From the IMG/VR virus record IMGVR_UViG_3300006120_000013: a DNA stretch of 64,000 bases; one strand, given 5' to 3'. Shown piece by piece: positions 39,189-50,526 of the stretch (within the stretch, counting starts at the first letter, position 1; each line of letters begins with the position of its first letter). Position numbers and translations under genes: made by a program. The notes under the pieces were generated by a model. The model was not told where the DNA came from. It worked only from the letters and a program-made list of their open reading frames with translations, and ran no database searches. Source of the stretch: an uncultured virus (IMG/VR IMGVR_UViG_3300006120_000013) (Duplodnaviria > Heunggongvirae > Uroviricota > Caudoviricetes).

Positions 39189-39539
39189 ATGAAAGTAGAC
39201 GAATTAATCAAAACCATCCTTAACATGGTAGACAAACAGGAAAATCCTGAAGGTGTTGTTAAGACCGATGCTGATACAAAGCGTCTAAAGCCAGTAGAAA
39301 TTAAGAATCAAAAAGGTGCTGAACAGGCAGCCGAAGCAGGCGATCACAATGCTCAAAAGAAATGCGATGGTCAGCAAATAATGACTTTTCCGCTACAACA
39401 AAAACACGAACTATTAAAGAAAACAGTTGATGTACCTAATCAATTTGATAAACAAGAAAATGATGAATTAAACCGTATTAAGAAAATGGCAGGTCTAACA
39501 ATTATACATCACGATGATTCAACACCATTTGATGATTAA
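39189..39539 (+). CDS. Hypothetical protein, putative internal head protein
   Basis: MKVDELI leader; [22 protein letters not shown]; late promoter at 39163-39169. Confidence 0.55.
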   Translation: MKVDELIKTILNMVDKQENPEGVVKTDADTKRLKPVEIKNQKGAEQAAEAGDHNAQKKCDGQQIMTFPLQQKHELLKKTVDVPNQFDKQENDELNRIKKMAGLTIIHHDDSTPFDD

Positions 39540-39547
39540 GGAGTCTA

Positions 39548-42500
39548 GTGGTGGCTGTAACAGAGAAACTATTCACAAGTAGAGCAAAAGGTGTAGATGC
39601 TGATCTTTATGTAGGAGAAAAAGGTCGCTTATTCTACAACGAACCAGATGGTACAGGCATTGCTCCTATATTAAGATATAGTGATGGTGCTACTGTTGGC
39701 GGTGTTCCCCTATTAGGTGGCACTGTAATTGTAAGTAATAATCCACCTAACAATCCAAATACTGGTGAGTTGTGGTTTGACAACCTCGATGGTAGATTAT
39801 ATGTTTTTTACGACAATACTTGGGTTGATACAAATCCTGCTAGTCAATATACTTTACTACCTGCTACAAATTCAAGTCTTGGTGGTGTTATAGTTGGTGG
39901 AAATATACAAGTCGATGTTAATGGAACAATTAGTGTAGACTTTACCGGACTTGCTACAGAAACTTATGTTAATACTGCTATTACAAATGCCTTCGAACAA
40001 TATAATGATTTAGGTAACTTATCAGTTGGTGGTACAGATTTACAAACTATCTATGGTAGCGTTAATAATGCCGACATTGCTATAACACCTAGTGGTTCAG
40101 GATTATTACAAACTTCTGGTATAAGAGTAATTAATCCCCTACTACAGTCTCCACAAGTAGGTTCAATTGTATCGGCACAAAGTAGTATTGTTGCTAATAT
40201 CGCTAACATTTATCTAGCAGCCATTTTAGATCACGGTGATGATGCTGATTTAGTTCCCCCAATTTATGGATTAACAAATGGTATCACTGGTGGTCCTTAT
40301 ACAGTTTATCAATTAGTTACTGCTCCTGTTATTACCCTACAAATTGGAGATATCATAGCAGGTCCTGCTATACCTGTTGGTAGCACTATTATCTATGTAG
40401 GTTCTGATACATACGCTGATATTATAATCACCAGCAGTAATTTCGCACCAGGGGCTACTTTACCTTATGCTGATCCTACTAACACTACTGTTCCAACTAC
40501 AGTTTCTCGTGCTGTGGTTAATGCTGGATTAAGCATAGTTACACACCCTGATGTAGATATCACTCTAAATGCCGGTACTGGTGGACATATTGTTCCTCAC
40601 AGTGACATTGTTCCTTTTACTACTAGTACATGGAATTTAGGAACAAGTGCTCGTAGATTTAAGGAAGTATGGTTAGGTGCTGGCACAATCTATATACAAG
40701 ATGAAACGCTAGGAAACGACCAAGCAATCGGTGCTAGAGATGGATTAGTTTATATCGCAGGTGGTGCTGGACTTAAGGTTGGCGAGTTTACATTAATAGA
40801 TAATGAAATTAAAATTACAGATCCTACTAGAGATATTATAGTAGGTTCCATTACTGCTACTGGTAATGTTACATTTAATCGTCCATTACAGGTAGCAAAC
40901 AATTCAGGTATCATAACATTCCAAGTTGAACGAGGCGGTAAGACTGATATTTTCTCTCCAGGCCTACCTTTGGGACAATCTGCTTTAAGTATTAATGCTA
41001 CTATAGGTCGTAATGAATATGGATTAGTTTCTCCTCTCGGCGGCAGTCTTATTCATGCTACTGCTAAAGAAGGCTCTATTGGTTTTATAACTATAGATAG
41101 TTTTTCTGATGTGGCTGGAGGAGGTGGCACCGCATTTGTTGGTCGTAGATTCCGCGGAACTGTTAGTAGTCCGGCAGCAGTTCAGCAGGGCGACACTATG
41201 GCCGTATTTGCTACTAATGGGTATAACGGAACTGATATCAGAACAGGTGTAAGTAGTGCTCGAATAACATTCAAAGCGGCTGAAAACTTTAATTCAACTT
41301 CACAATCAGCCTATACAGAATTTAGAAATCAAGTTGTTGGCACTGGTGTGGACGCTGTTTCTGCTATAATCGACGCAAATGGTTTAACTTTACCTAGTGG
41401 TGCTTTAGGTGGAATTGGAAATGTTGGAATTACATTCCGTAATAACACAAGACAAATAACCGCACCAACTGTTATACCAAGTCAAACAGGATATGCTGGA
41501 TATTACTTAAGAACCGACGGCGTTGCTGGTGGTACAGATATTAATGGTAATACTACTTCGGGTACATTAAGTTGGCAACCTATTCCACAAGCGATTGTTT
41601 ATAAAGGTGCTTGGGATGCTAATGCTAACTCACCTAGTTTAAGTACTACAACCCCTACAGGATTACAAGCAGGTTGGGAATATTCAATTTCGACTACTGG
41701 TACACAAGATATCGGTAGTGGTTCGCAAACATATAGTGCTGGTGGATTTGTTATCTTTAACGGATCAACATGGGAATATATACCACCAGTAAGTGGCGTT
41801 GTTAGTATAGAATTTGATAGTGGGTCAGCATATACCGGAAGTGTACAAGTACAAAGTTCAGATATTGTTAGCACTATAGATACTGGAGCATTGCCAATCA
41901 ATAAATTAGCATCAAATTCAGTAACTGTTACAGCCGGTACTGGAATGAGCGGTGGTGGTACTGTTTCTCTAGGTGGATCGATTACATTAACTAATGCTGG
42001 TGTTACAGGTATAACTGGTGGTACTGGTATTAGTGTTAATACAAGCACTGGATCTGTTACAGTTACTAACTCAGGTGTTACTAGCATATCTGCTACTAAT
42101 CATATTTCAGTAAATAACAGCACAGGTTCTGTAACTGTTACATCAGATGCTACAAGCAATTCAACAGCAAATACCATAGCATTAAGAAATGGTGTAGGTG
42201 GGATTGACGCACAAGACTTTACTGCTACTCATGATGTAAGTGTATTAACTGACCATGGTGCCTTTAACTACGGAACTTTAAGTTATAGTGATACTGGTAT
42301 TATGGCTGATTTTAGTTATAGTACCATCCTCTATAATCAAGTAGTTGTACAAAATACTAATAGTGCTAATAGTGCTAGTGCCAATTATATTGTAAGTAAC
42401 GACCAAGGAACAGCAAATACCTATTACGGTGAGTTAGGCATGAACTCCAGTACCTTTAGCGGTAGTGGTAGTCTTAATTTACCAAATGCTGTTTATCTTA

Positions 42501-43981
42501 ACAGTGTATCAAGTGATTTAGTATTAGGTACGACAGGAACTTTACATTTTAATATTAATGGTACTGATGCTGCTTATATCAATAGTTCAGGTGTTGCTAC
42601 ATTTGCTAATACTATTCAAGGAACTATATCAAGCCTAAGTAATCATACTACAACTGATTTAGCAGAAGGTACTAACAAGTATTATACAGATTATAGAGCC
42701 CGTCATGCTATCAGTGCTGGTGCTGGTATTAGTTACGATAATTCAACTGGTATTATTAGCAGCAATATTACTGTTGGGCCAACTGGTCCTCAAGGTCCTA
42801 CTGGTCCAACTGGTGCTCCTAGTAATGTAACTGGTCCCACAGGATGGACTGGACCACAAGGTGCTGCTGGTACAAATGGAACCAATGGAGCCACTGGACC
42901 TACAGGATGGACTGGACCACAAGGTGCTGCTGGTACAAATGGAACCAATGGAGCCACTGGACCTACAGGATGGACAGGACCACAAGGTGCTGCCGGCACA
43001 AATGGAACTAATGGAGCCACAGGACCTACTGGATGGACTGGACCTCAAGGTACACAGGGAAATGTTGGACCAACTGGTCCTATTGGTTGGACTGGACCAC
43101 AAGGTGCTGCTGGTACAAATGGAACCAATGGAGCCACTGGACCTACAGGATGGACAGGACCTCAAGGCATACAAGGCGTAACTGGTCCCACAGGATGGAC
43201 TGGACCACAAGGTGCTGCGTCAACAGTAACTGGTCCTACTGGATGGACTGGTCCTACTGGATGGACTGGACCACAAGGTGCTGCGTCAACAGTAACTGGT
43301 CCTACTGGATGGACTGGTCCTACTGGAGCAACTGGTCCTACTGGTGCTACTTATGTATTACCAACTGCTGGTGTTGGATCTGGAGGTACATTAGGTGGTG
43401 TTAAAGTTGATGGCACAAGTATTACTATTTCAAGTGGTGTTATAAGTGCTACAAGTAATGGTATAGGTGGTAATCAATTAGTATATGTATTAAATTCTCA
43501 ACAAACTATCGGAAATGCTAAAAATACATTATTAAGTTTATTTGGGTTAACTAACGGCGTTGTATTGGCCTCAAATACTCGCTATCAATATGAAATATTG
43601 TTTAATGCTCAATGTAACAAGGCTGGAGTATTAAGTTATGCTTTAGCACTAAGTGGTGGTGCTGTAGTAGCACAACATAACTACAATGTATTATCTAACA
43701 AAACTACAACTATAGATACCTATACTGCCGGTGTTACTATGATGAGTTTGAACGCAACTGGTGCTACAATTACTACAGCACAAACAGTAGCCGACACCGC
43801 AACATTTACTCACACTATAATACAAGGGACTATTGATGTAACTACTGGCGGTAATGTTAATTTTATGGTAAGTCAAGATCAAAATACTCCAGTAACTTGG
43901 ACTATAAATGCCGGGTCTTATATCAAATTATTACCGTTAGGTGCTATTGGTGCTAACACAGTTGATGGTACTTGGTCATAA
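39548..43981 (+). CDS. Long tail fibre/appendage protein with a collagen-like triple-helix region
   Basis: GTG start with AGGAG; GELWF..DGRLY module, GVT.I.G.GI.V fibre repeats, [12 protein letters not shown], long Gly-X-Y run. Confidence 0.8.
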   Translation: MVAVTEKLFTSRAKGVDADLYVGEKGRLFYNEPDGTGIAPILRYSDGATVGGVPLLGGTVIVSNNPPNNPNTGELWFDNLDGRLYVFYDNTWVDTNPASQYTLLPATNSSLGGVIVGGNIQVDVNGTISVDFTGLATETYVNTAITNAFEQYNDLGNLSVGGTDLQTIYGSVNNADIAITPSGSGLLQTSGIRVINPLLQSPQVGSIVSAQSSIVANIANIYLAAILDHGDDADLVPPIYGLTNGITGGPYTVYQLVTAPVITLQIGDIIAGPAIPVGSTIIYVGSDTYADIIITSSNFAPGATLPYADPTNTTVPTTVSRAVVNAGLSIVTHPDVDITLNAGTGGHIVPHSDIVPFTTSTWNLGTSARRFKEVWLGAGTIYIQDETLGNDQAIGARDGLVYIAGGAGLKVGEFTLIDNEIKITDPTRDIIVGSITATGNVTFNRPLQVANNSGIITFQVERGGKTDIFSPGLPLGQSALSINATIGRNEYGLVSPLGGSLIHATAKEGSIGFITIDSFSDVAGGGGTAFVGRRFRGTVSSPAAVQQGDTMAVFATNGYNGTDIRTGVSSARITFKAAENFNSTSQSAYTEFRNQVVGTGVDAVSAIIDANGLTLPSGALGGIGNVGITFRNNTRQITAPTVIPSQTGYAGYYLRTDGVAGGTDINGNTTSGTLSWQPIPQAIVYKGAWDANANSPSLSTTTPTGLQAGWEYSISTTGTQDIGSGSQTYSAGGFVIFNGSTWEYIPPVSGVVSIEFDSGSAYTGSVQVQSSDIVSTIDTGALPINKLASNSVTVTAGTGMSGGGTVSLGGSITLTNAGVTGITGGTGISVNTSTGSVTVTNSGVTSISATNHISVNNSTGSVTVTSDATSNSTANTIALRNGVGGIDAQDFTATHDVSVLTDHGAFNYGTLSYSDTGIMADFSYSTILYNQVVVQNTNSANSASANYIVSNDQGTANTYYGELGMNSSTFSGSGSLNLPNAVYLNSVSSDLVLGTTGTLHFNINGTDAAYINSSGVATFANTIQGTISSLSNHTTTDLAEGTNKYYTDYRARHAISAGAGISYDNSTGIISSNITVGPTGPQGPTGPTGAPSNVTGPTGWTGPQGAAGTNGTNGATGPTGWTGPQGAAGTNGTNGATGPTGWTGPQGAAGTNGTNGATGPTGWTGPQGTQGNVGPTGPIGWTGPQGAAGTNGTNGATGPTGWTGPQGIQGVTGPTGWTGPQGAASTVTGPTGWTGPTGWTGPQGAASTVTGPTGWTGPTGATGPTGATYVLPTAGVGSGGTLGGVKVDGTSITISSGVISATSNGIGGNQLVYVLNSQQTIGNAKNTLLSLFGLTNGVVLASNTRYQYEILFNAQCNKAGVLSYALALSGGAVVAQHNYNVLSNKTTTIDTYTAGVTMMSLNATGATITTAQTVADTATFTHTIIQGTIDVTTGGNVNFMVSQDQNTPVTWTINAGSYIKLLPLGAIGANTVDGTWS
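42776..43345 (+). repeat. Collagen-coding tandem repeats (63-nt unit encoding [21 protein letters not shown])
   Basis: Three tandem near-identical units plus a fourth copy, and duplicated [16 protein letters not shown] units. Confidence 0.85.
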
Positions 43982-44026
43982 TTAAAGCAAGTTAGATAAC
44001 TGTACAACTTACCCATAAATATTTTT

Positions 44027-44650
44027 ATGAGAGTAAGCAAAGCCCAATTTACTAATGATCCAAGTATTAGAAACGCAATTAGTGTTGATAGCGTTCTTTC
44101 ACTTGACATGAAATACTTTGATAAAGAAGGTTTTGAACTCAACAAACTCGAGCAGGCATATTACAAAGTTAATAGCATACACATTGGACATACCCTATAT
44201 CACATCTGTTGCCAACAAGAATGGATAATAGGATCTTATGAACCTCTACAAGGTCCTTACTTTGATCATTGTATGATCTTAACAAGATTTGATTATCAAG
44301 GTGCTGCTCGTGAACAATTAGAGAAATTTACTCCAAGAAGACCATGCCTAAACAAACTACTAAAAATAAAACCAAAGTATGGCGTTGATGTTAGCATGGA
44401 ATATCAATGGCCGGATGGTGATATCTCAGAAATCTTCCATATTGAAATAGATCGTTATAGTAAAGACGAAATACTAGAGTGGAAAGAAAAATTAGAAAAC
44501 ATTGTTCTTAATACCGATTGGGCAGATGCTATGAACAGCATCATGCTTCGCAAATCAGAATGGGAACTAATGAACGCCGATGATCAAAGTGATTGGCGTT
44601 GTCAATTTTTAGGATTACCTAGAGCATACGATACAATTAAGGTTTTATAA
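44027..44650 (+). CDS. Hypothetical protein
   Basis: 207 aa; ATAAATA at 44015-44021 only 5 nt before the ATG. Confidence 0.65.
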   Translation: MRVSKAQFTNDPSIRNAISVDSVLSLDMKYFDKEGFELNKLEQAYYKVNSIHIGHTLYHICCQQEWIIGSYEPLQGPYFDHCMILTRFDYQGAAREQLEKFTPRRPCLNKLLKIKPKYGVDVSMEYQWPDGDISEIFHIEIDRYSKDEILEWKEKLENIVLNTDWADAMNSIMLRKSEWELMNADDQSDWRCQFLGLPRAYDTIKVL

Positions 44651-45821
44651 TTTCCACAAGAGCATTTACTAAATCTTCAATCATAGCATCAGTGTGAAGT
44701 GGTGTTGGAGCAAATCTTAATCTTTCAGATCCCACAGGAACAGTAGGATAATTAATGCACTGAGAATATATATCATAATCATTTAATAATCTATCACTTA
44801 TCTCTTTACATTTTTTTGCATCATTAACCATAACTGGAACAATGTGAGTTTCATTTTTTAATAATGTTATTCCTGCGTCTCTTAATTTATTCTTTAAGGT
44901 ACTAGCACGTTCTTGATGTTTAATTCGTAATTCATTATGTTCTTTTAAGTATTTAACACTCGCCATTGCTCCAGCACAAAGCACAGGGCTTATTGATGTT
45001 GTAAAAATGAAACCGTTAGCGAGACTCCTAATGCTGTCAATGACAACATTATCAGCAGCAATATAACCGCCACCCACTCCATAAGCCTTTCCCAAAGTTC
45101 CGTTAATAATGTCAATGCGTTTCTGAAGACCATACTTTTCACTTTTTCCTCCTCCTGTCTCTCCGTATAAACCAACTGCATGAACTTCGTCGAGATATGT
45201 GATAGCACCGTACTTGTCTGCTAAATCACATATCTCTCTCAAATTACTCACATACCCATCCATGCTATACACTGACTCAAATACTATACAAGGTGTTCCT
45301 TTAATTTCTTTTAATACATCTTCTAAATGGTTCATGTCATTGTGATTATAAATCACCTTCGGTGCTCTACTGTGACGCATACCTTCAATCAATGAATTAT
45401 GATTCTTACTGTCTGATACAAACACAATATCTTTTACAATTTTACTCAGAGCAATTAATGCCCATTCATTTGCTACATAAGCACTACTGAACAACAAAGC
45501 CCGTTCTTTACTATGTAATCCTGCTAATTCATGTTCTAGGGCAACATGATAATGAGTAGTACCTGCTATGTTTCTTGTGCCACCACTACCTGCACCAACA
45601 GCATCTAATGCTGTTCGCATAGCATCTAGCACTACTTTATGCTGACCCATTCCAAGATAATCATTAGAACACCAATTCACTATTTTTTTAATACAATAGG
45701 GACCATACCAAAGAGCATGTGGATAATCTCCACACTCTCTTAATATATCGTTAAAAACTCTATACTTGCCCGCAAACTTTAAATCTGTTATAGTTTGTTC
45801 AAATAGACTTTTGTTAATCAT
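44637..45821 (-). CDS. hemA: 5-aminolevulinate synthase (PLP-dependent, Shemin pathway)
   Basis: [69 protein letters not shown]. Confidence 0.92.
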   Translation of the reverse strand: MINKSLFEQTITDLKFAGKYRVFNDILRECGDYPHALWYGPYCIKKIVNWCSNDYLGMGQHKVVLDAMRTALDAVGAGSGGTRNIAGTTHYHVALEHELAGLHSKERALLFSSAYVANEWALIALSKIVKDIVFVSDSKNHNSLIEGMRHSRAPKVIYNHNDMNHLEDVLKEIKGTPCIVFESVYSMDGYVSNLREICDLADKYGAITYLDEVHAVGLYGETGGGKSEKYGLQKRIDIINGTLGKAYGVGGGYIAADNVVIDSIRSLANGFIFTTSISPVLCAGAMASVKYLKEHNELRIKHQERASTLKNKLRDAGITLLKNETHIVPVMVNDAKKCKEISDRLLNDYDIYSQCINYPTVPVGSERLRFAPTPLHTDAMIEDLVNALVEIIKP

Positions 45822-45826
45822 TGTAT

Positions 45827-45842
45827 TACTTATTAATAAATA
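45827..45842. promoter_or_regulatory. Back-to-back divergent late-type promoters (ATAAGTA on minus, ATAAATA on plus)
   Basis: TACTTAT-TA-ATAAATA within the 28-nt gap between the hemA and GT25 start codons. Confidence 0.55.
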
Positions 45843-45849
45843 TTGTCTC

Positions 45850-46446
45850 ATGAAATCGTTTGTGATATATCTTCCGGGTCATACCCTAACTGAAGAACAC
45901 TTGCCCACTTTACAAAAAAGTGCTAAAAAACACAATTGGAATGTTGAACTCTTTGAAGGTATAGATGGTAGAAAAGTTCCTTTTACACATAAGATAGATC
46001 ATAGATATCCCAAAGCAGTTTCTGAATTAGAAAGACCCGGAGTTCGTGGTTGTTTTATGAGTCACTATCTACTTTGGAAGAAATGTTTAGAATTAAATGA
46101 AACAATTGGCATCTTTGAAAGCGATATTATCTTTTATAAAAGTCCGCCATTACTAACAAAAGAATACGACCTTGTAAAATTAGATGGATTTAAGAGAGCC
46201 AAACCTGCGTCTACAGGTAATTGGCATAAAGGTGCTCATGCTTATATCTTACACCCAAGTGGTGCTAAAAAAATGGTAGATTGGACAGACACCTGGGGAG
46301 CCAGTCCAGCAGACTTTATGTTAGGTAACAAGGTTGTTAATATGAAATATGATTATGATGAACGAGTTAAATTAGCCAATCTAGGTTCTAGTCTTACTAG
46401 GAATTTAGAAGAAGAGATGTTAAACTTACAAAATAAGGAGATATAA
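45850..46446 (+). CDS. Glycosyltransferase family 25
   Basis: [43 protein letters not shown]. Confidence 0.8.
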   Translation: MKSFVIYLPGHTLTEEHLPTLQKSAKKHNWNVELFEGIDGRKVPFTHKIDHRYPKAVSELERPGVRGCFMSHYLLWKKCLELNETIGIFESDIIFYKSPPLLTKEYDLVKLDGFKRAKPASTGNWHKGAHAYILHPSGAKKMVDWTDTWGASPADFMLGNKVVNMKYDYDERVKLANLGSSLTRNLEEEMLNLQNKEI

Positions 46447-46704
46447 ATGAGTCGTGTTTATGGCCCAGAAGAAAAGGCAAAATTATTAAGCGTTATTGAT
46501 CAAGGTGTTGCTGTACTACAAGAAGTTGACGACCTAAAAGGTGGACTTCGTGATACTATTAAGGCAATTGCTGAAGAATTAGATATTAAACCAAGTTTAC
46601 TTTCAAAAGCAGTTAATGTTGCTTATAAGCGTAATTGGGGTGAGGCTCAGTCAGAGATGGAAGAACTAGAAAACATTCTAGTTACAACAGGTCGAGATCA
46701 TTGA
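46447..46704 (+). CDS. Small dsDNA-binding protein (T4 DsbA/GapR-like)
   Basis: Helical 85 aa: L..VIDQGV..LQEVDDLK..LRDTIKAIAEEL.I.P.LL.KAV; located before DNA polymerase. Confidence 0.45.
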   Translation: MSRVYGPEEKAKLLSVIDQGVAVLQEVDDLKGGLRDTIKAIAEELDIKPSLLSKAVNVAYKRNWGEAQSEMEELENILVTTGRDH

Positions 46705-46925
46705 CTTCAGGTGAGAAGCCATATCAGTGGTTAGCGTGGATTGGAACTGTTTGTGTTCTAATTTCTTCCTTTATGGCTTCTCGTAATCTTTATCCGTGGT
46801 ATGCCTATGGTTATATATTTTCTAATTTTATTTGGATACTCATAGGCATTCTTTGGAAAGAAAAAACTATTATTACTATCAATACTGGTGTTAATATTAT
46901 ATACATTGCTGGTCTTTTTAGATAA
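46701..46925 (+). CDS. Small membrane protein
   Basis: Three hydrophobic segments; TTG start overlapping the upstream stop. Confidence 0.6.
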   Translation: MTSGEKPYQWLAWIGTVCVLISSFMASRNLYPWYAYGYIFSNFIWILIGILWKEKTIITINTGVNIIYIAGLFR

Positions 46926-46985
46926 GAGTCGTTGCCTTAAGCAACATGTAGACGGTATGCGAGCCATAAGTCGCGGGAGTAACTA

Positions 46986-49655
46986 ATGTCATATGTGGAT
47001 GGAATTTTTGATAGAACAAATGATCAAATTAAAATTGTTGAGAGAGTAGACGGCAAGAGACATTATAAAGAATATCCTGCTCGTTATGTCTTTTATTATC
47101 CAGATGCTAAAGGTAAGTACGAAAGCGTATATGGAGAAAAGTTAAGTCGTGTTAGTGCTCGCAATCAGAAGGACTTTCACAAAGAACTTAAAATACATTC
47201 TGGAAAAAGAATGTACGAAAGCGACATTAATCCGATTTTCAAATGTTTAGAAGAACACTACTTAAACATAGATGCCCCGGAGTTACACATTGCGTTTTTC
47301 GATATTGAGACTGATTTTGATCCTGAGCGAGGCTTTGCTGATCCTAGTGACCCTTTTATGGGTATCACTGCCATTTCGGTACATCTTAAATGGTTAAACA
47401 GATTAGTAACACTTGCTGTTCCTCCTAAAGGATTAACAGTAGAACAAGCACAAGAACAATGTGCTGAATTTGAAGATTGTTTTATATTTGCTCGTGAAGC
47501 AGATATGCTAGAAACATTCCTTGATTTAATAGATGACGCAGATATATTAAGTGGTTGGAATTCGGAAGGTTACGACGTTCCTTATACTGTTAATCGAGTA
47601 GCAAGAGTCTTAAGCAAAGAAGATACTAGACGTTTCTGCTTGTGGGATCAATTTCCCAAGAAACGAGAATTTGAAAAGTACGGACGTCAAATGGTTACAT
47701 ATGACTTTGTTGGTCGCGTACATCTTGACAGTCTTGAACTTTATAGAAAATACACTTATGAAGAAAGACATACATATCGACTTGATGCTATCGGTGAGAT
47801 GGAAATAGGCGAACGTAAAACTGTTTACGAAGGCACACTTGATCAACTTTATAACAATGACTTTAGAACATTTATTGAATATAACAGGCAAGACGTCGCA
47901 CTACTTAACAAACTTGATGACAAATTAAGATTTATTGATTTGAGTAACGAACTTGCTCATGCTAACACCGTTCTACTTCAAACAACTATGGGTGCCGTTG
48001 CTGTTACTGAACAAGCAATTATAAATGAGGCTCATCGTCGAGGACTAATTGTTCCTAATCGTCCAAAGCGTGATGAAAGCGAAAATACACAAGCCGCAGG
48101 TGCTTATGTCGCTTATCCAAAAAAGGGATTACACGATTGGATCGGCAGTATGGATATTAACTCACTGTATCCAAGTGCTATTAGAGCATTGAACATGGCT
48201 CCAGAAACAATCATTGGTCAGTTACGTCCGGAACATACAGACGAATACATCGAAACACAAATGAGATTACATAAGAAATCATTTGCTGCGGCATGGGAAG
48301 GTCGATTCTCTACTTTTGAATATGATTGGGTTATGGATAAAGACAAAGGCAAAGAAATTACTGTTGATTGGGAGAATGGTGAATCAACTGTAATGAGTGG
48401 AGCAGAGATTTATAAACTAATCTTTGATAGTCATAATCCTTGGATGATTACTTCCAATGGCACAATCTTTACACATGAGTTTGAAGGTGTTATTCCTGGA
48501 CTTCTAAAGCGTTGGTATGCCGAACGTAAAGAACTTCAGGCAAAGGCCAAAGAAGCATTAAAAGCAGATAACAAAGTAGAACATGCTTTTTGGGATAAGC
48601 GTCAGTTAGTTAAAAAGATTAACTTGAACAGTTTGTATGGTGCTATTCTTAATGCTGGTTGTCGTTTCTTCGATAAGCGTATTGGACAATCAACTACTCT
48701 TGTTGGTAGGCAGGTTGCTAAACATATGGCATCAAAAGTTAATGAGATTGTAGCAGGAGAATATGATCACATTGGTAAGGCTATTATATATGGTGATACC
48801 GACTCTGTTTATTTCTCAGCATACAATGTCTTAAAGAAAGATATTGAGGCTGGAAACATTCCCTGGAGTAAAGATAATGTTATTAGCCTCTATGATCAAA
48901 TATCAGATGAAGTAAATGGAACATTCTCCAACTTCATGCTAAATGCCTTCCACTGTCCAAAGAGTCGCGGTGAAGTTATTAAGGCTGGTCGTGAAATTGT
49001 TGCCAGCAAAGGCTTGTTCATTACTAAAAAGCGTTATGCTGTTCTTTATTATGATTCAGAAGGCAAGAGATATGACGTTGATGATAAACCAGGCAAGATC
49101 AAGGCAATGGGCTTAGACCTTAAGAGATCAGATACCCCAGAGTTCATGCAAGACTTTTTAAGTAAGATCCTTGATCGCGTTCTAAATAATGCCAAGGAGG
49201 AAGAAATTCTTGATATGATTACACAATTTAGAATAGACTTTAAGAGTAGACCTGGATGGGAAAAAGGTTCTCCAAAGAGAGCAAACAATATTACCGAATA
49301 TATGAAGAAAGAACAAAAGGCCGGTAAGGCAAATATGCCGGGACATGTTAGAGCAAGTCTTAATTGGAATACTCTTAAGAAGATGTATAACGATAACTAT
49401 TCCATTACTATCAGTGACGGTTCAAAAGTTATTGTTTGTAAACTAAAACATAACCCAATGGGCTTTACATCTGTTGCGTATCCAGTTGACGAGCTAAGAC
49501 TACCACAGTGGTTTAAAGATTTACCATTTGATGATGCTAGTATGGAAGCAGCAATTATCGATGCTAAACTAGACAACCTTATTGGCGTTCTAGAATGGAA
49601 TCTTACGAGTACATCTGAATCTACAACGTTCAATAAATTATTTGCTTTTGACTGA
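46986..49655 (+). CDS. DNA polymerase family B (gp43-like) with 3'-5' exonuclease
   Basis: FFDIET, GWNSEGYD, DINSLYPS, KINLNSLYG, YGDTDS, KKRYA. Confidence 0.95.
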   Translation: MSYVDGIFDRTNDQIKIVERVDGKRHYKEYPARYVFYYPDAKGKYESVYGEKLSRVSARNQKDFHKELKIHSGKRMYESDINPIFKCLEEHYLNIDAPELHIAFFDIETDFDPERGFADPSDPFMGITAISVHLKWLNRLVTLAVPPKGLTVEQAQEQCAEFEDCFIFAREADMLETFLDLIDDADILSGWNSEGYDVPYTVNRVARVLSKEDTRRFCLWDQFPKKREFEKYGRQMVTYDFVGRVHLDSLELYRKYTYEERHTYRLDAIGEMEIGERKTVYEGTLDQLYNNDFRTFIEYNRQDVALLNKLDDKLRFIDLSNELAHANTVLLQTTMGAVAVTEQAIINEAHRRGLIVPNRPKRDESENTQAAGAYVAYPKKGLHDWIGSMDINSLYPSAIRALNMAPETIIGQLRPEHTDEYIETQMRLHKKSFAAAWEGRFSTFEYDWVMDKDKGKEITVDWENGESTVMSGAEIYKLIFDSHNPWMITSNGTIFTHEFEGVIPGLLKRWYAERKELQAKAKEALKADNKVEHAFWDKRQLVKKINLNSLYGAILNAGCRFFDKRIGQSTTLVGRQVAKHMASKVNEIVAGEYDHIGKAIIYGDTDSVYFSAYNVLKKDIEAGNIPWSKDNVISLYDQISDEVNGTFSNFMLNAFHCPKSRGEVIKAGREIVASKGLFITKKRYAVLYYDSEGKRYDVDDKPGKIKAMGLDLKRSDTPEFMQDFLSKILDRVLNNAKEEEILDMITQFRIDFKSRPGWEKGSPKRANNITEYMKKEQKAGKANMPGHVRASLNWNTLKKMYNDNYSITISDGSKVIVCKLKHNPMGFTSVAYPVDELRLPQWFKDLPFDDASMEAAIIDAKLDNLIGVLEWNLTSTSESTTFNKLFAFD

Positions 49656-49690
49656 GAACCTAAGTATAATATGAACATATGGAGAATGAA

Positions 49691-50422
49691 ATGTTAGACT
49701 TTTTAAGAGATTTAGTTCAACACACCCACTCACTAGGTGTTATTGACCTTGTAAAGATTACAGGCACAAAAGATTCAACTGCTATTGACGCAATGGCAGA
49801 GAATAGAACAGTTATTGTTCAGGCAGAAACAAAGAATCCAGTTAAGGAAGTAAGTGGTACATTTGGTATGCCTAACCTTAACAAGTTAGACTTACACTTA
49901 AAGAATCCAGAGTATAAAGAAGGTGCTCATATTGAAGTTGTTTGGGATAAGCGTAACGGAGAAGATACACCAGTTGAAATACTTTTTGAAAATGCTGCTG
50001 GCGACTTTAAGAATGAATATAAGTTAATGGGTCAAGCACTTATCAATGAGAAACTAAAGACTGTTAAGTTCAAGGGTGCTACTTGGCAAGTTGAGTTTGA
50101 ACCAAGCGTTACAAGTATTGCTCGTATGAAATTACAGGCTGCGGCACATACAGAGGAATCAGTATTCCTTGTTAAGACAGACAACAATGATCTTAAAGTG
50201 TTCTTTGGTGATGCTAGTACACACGAAGGTAGTTTTGTATTCCAACCAGGTATTACAGGTAAACTAAAACAGAATTGGTCTTATCCAATTGCTCAATTTA
50301 TTAGCATACTTGGCCTAGGTGGCGACAAGACTATTAAGTTCAGTGACGACGGTGTTGCTCTTATTACTGTTGACAGTGGACTTGCTGTTTACAACTATTA
50401 CATTCCGGCACAAACAAAATGA
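49691..50422 (+). CDS. Sliding clamp (gp45-like)
   Basis: About 243 aa, alpha/beta two-domain size, immediately after the polymerase, ends YNYYIPA; GGAG RBS; TTGCTT-N17-TATAAT upstream. Confidence 0.6.
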   Translation: MLDFLRDLVQHTHSLGVIDLVKITGTKDSTAIDAMAENRTVIVQAETKNPVKEVSGTFGMPNLNKLDLHLKNPEYKEGAHIEVVWDKRNGEDTPVEILFENAAGDFKNEYKLMGQALINEKLKTVKFKGATWQVEFEPSVTSIARMKLQAAAHTEESVFLVKTDNNDLKVFFGDASTHEGSFVFQPGITGKLKQNWSYPIAQFISILGLGGDKTIKFSDDGVALITVDSGLAVYNYYIPAQTK

Positions 50423-50526
50423 CCGAATTCGAGTTGCTTTATATCGGAACACCTATTGTATTAATAGTACTAGCAGGTATTATTATTTTAATATGCTATC
50501 TGCTAGAGAAAAAAGGACTTTTATGA
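50419..50526 (+). CDS. 35-aa single-transmembrane microprotein; absent from the ORF track
   Basis: MTEFELLYIGTPIVLIVLAGIIILICYLLEKKGLL*; ATGA overlaps with both flanking genes. Confidence 0.6.
   Translation: MTEFELLYIGTPIVLIVLAGIIILICYLLEKKGLL

Noticed and set aside
42743..43404. Alternative-frame and antisense ORFs over the collagen repeats, and a possible CRISPR-like array
   Set aside because: They are by-products of the 63-nt in-frame coding repeats; there are no unique spacers or cas genes.
50319..50522. 68-aa N-terminal extension of the TGT-like ORF given in the track
   Set aside because: It overlaps the clamp gene and a coupled 35-aa ORF; the ATG at 50523 has an AAGGA SD.
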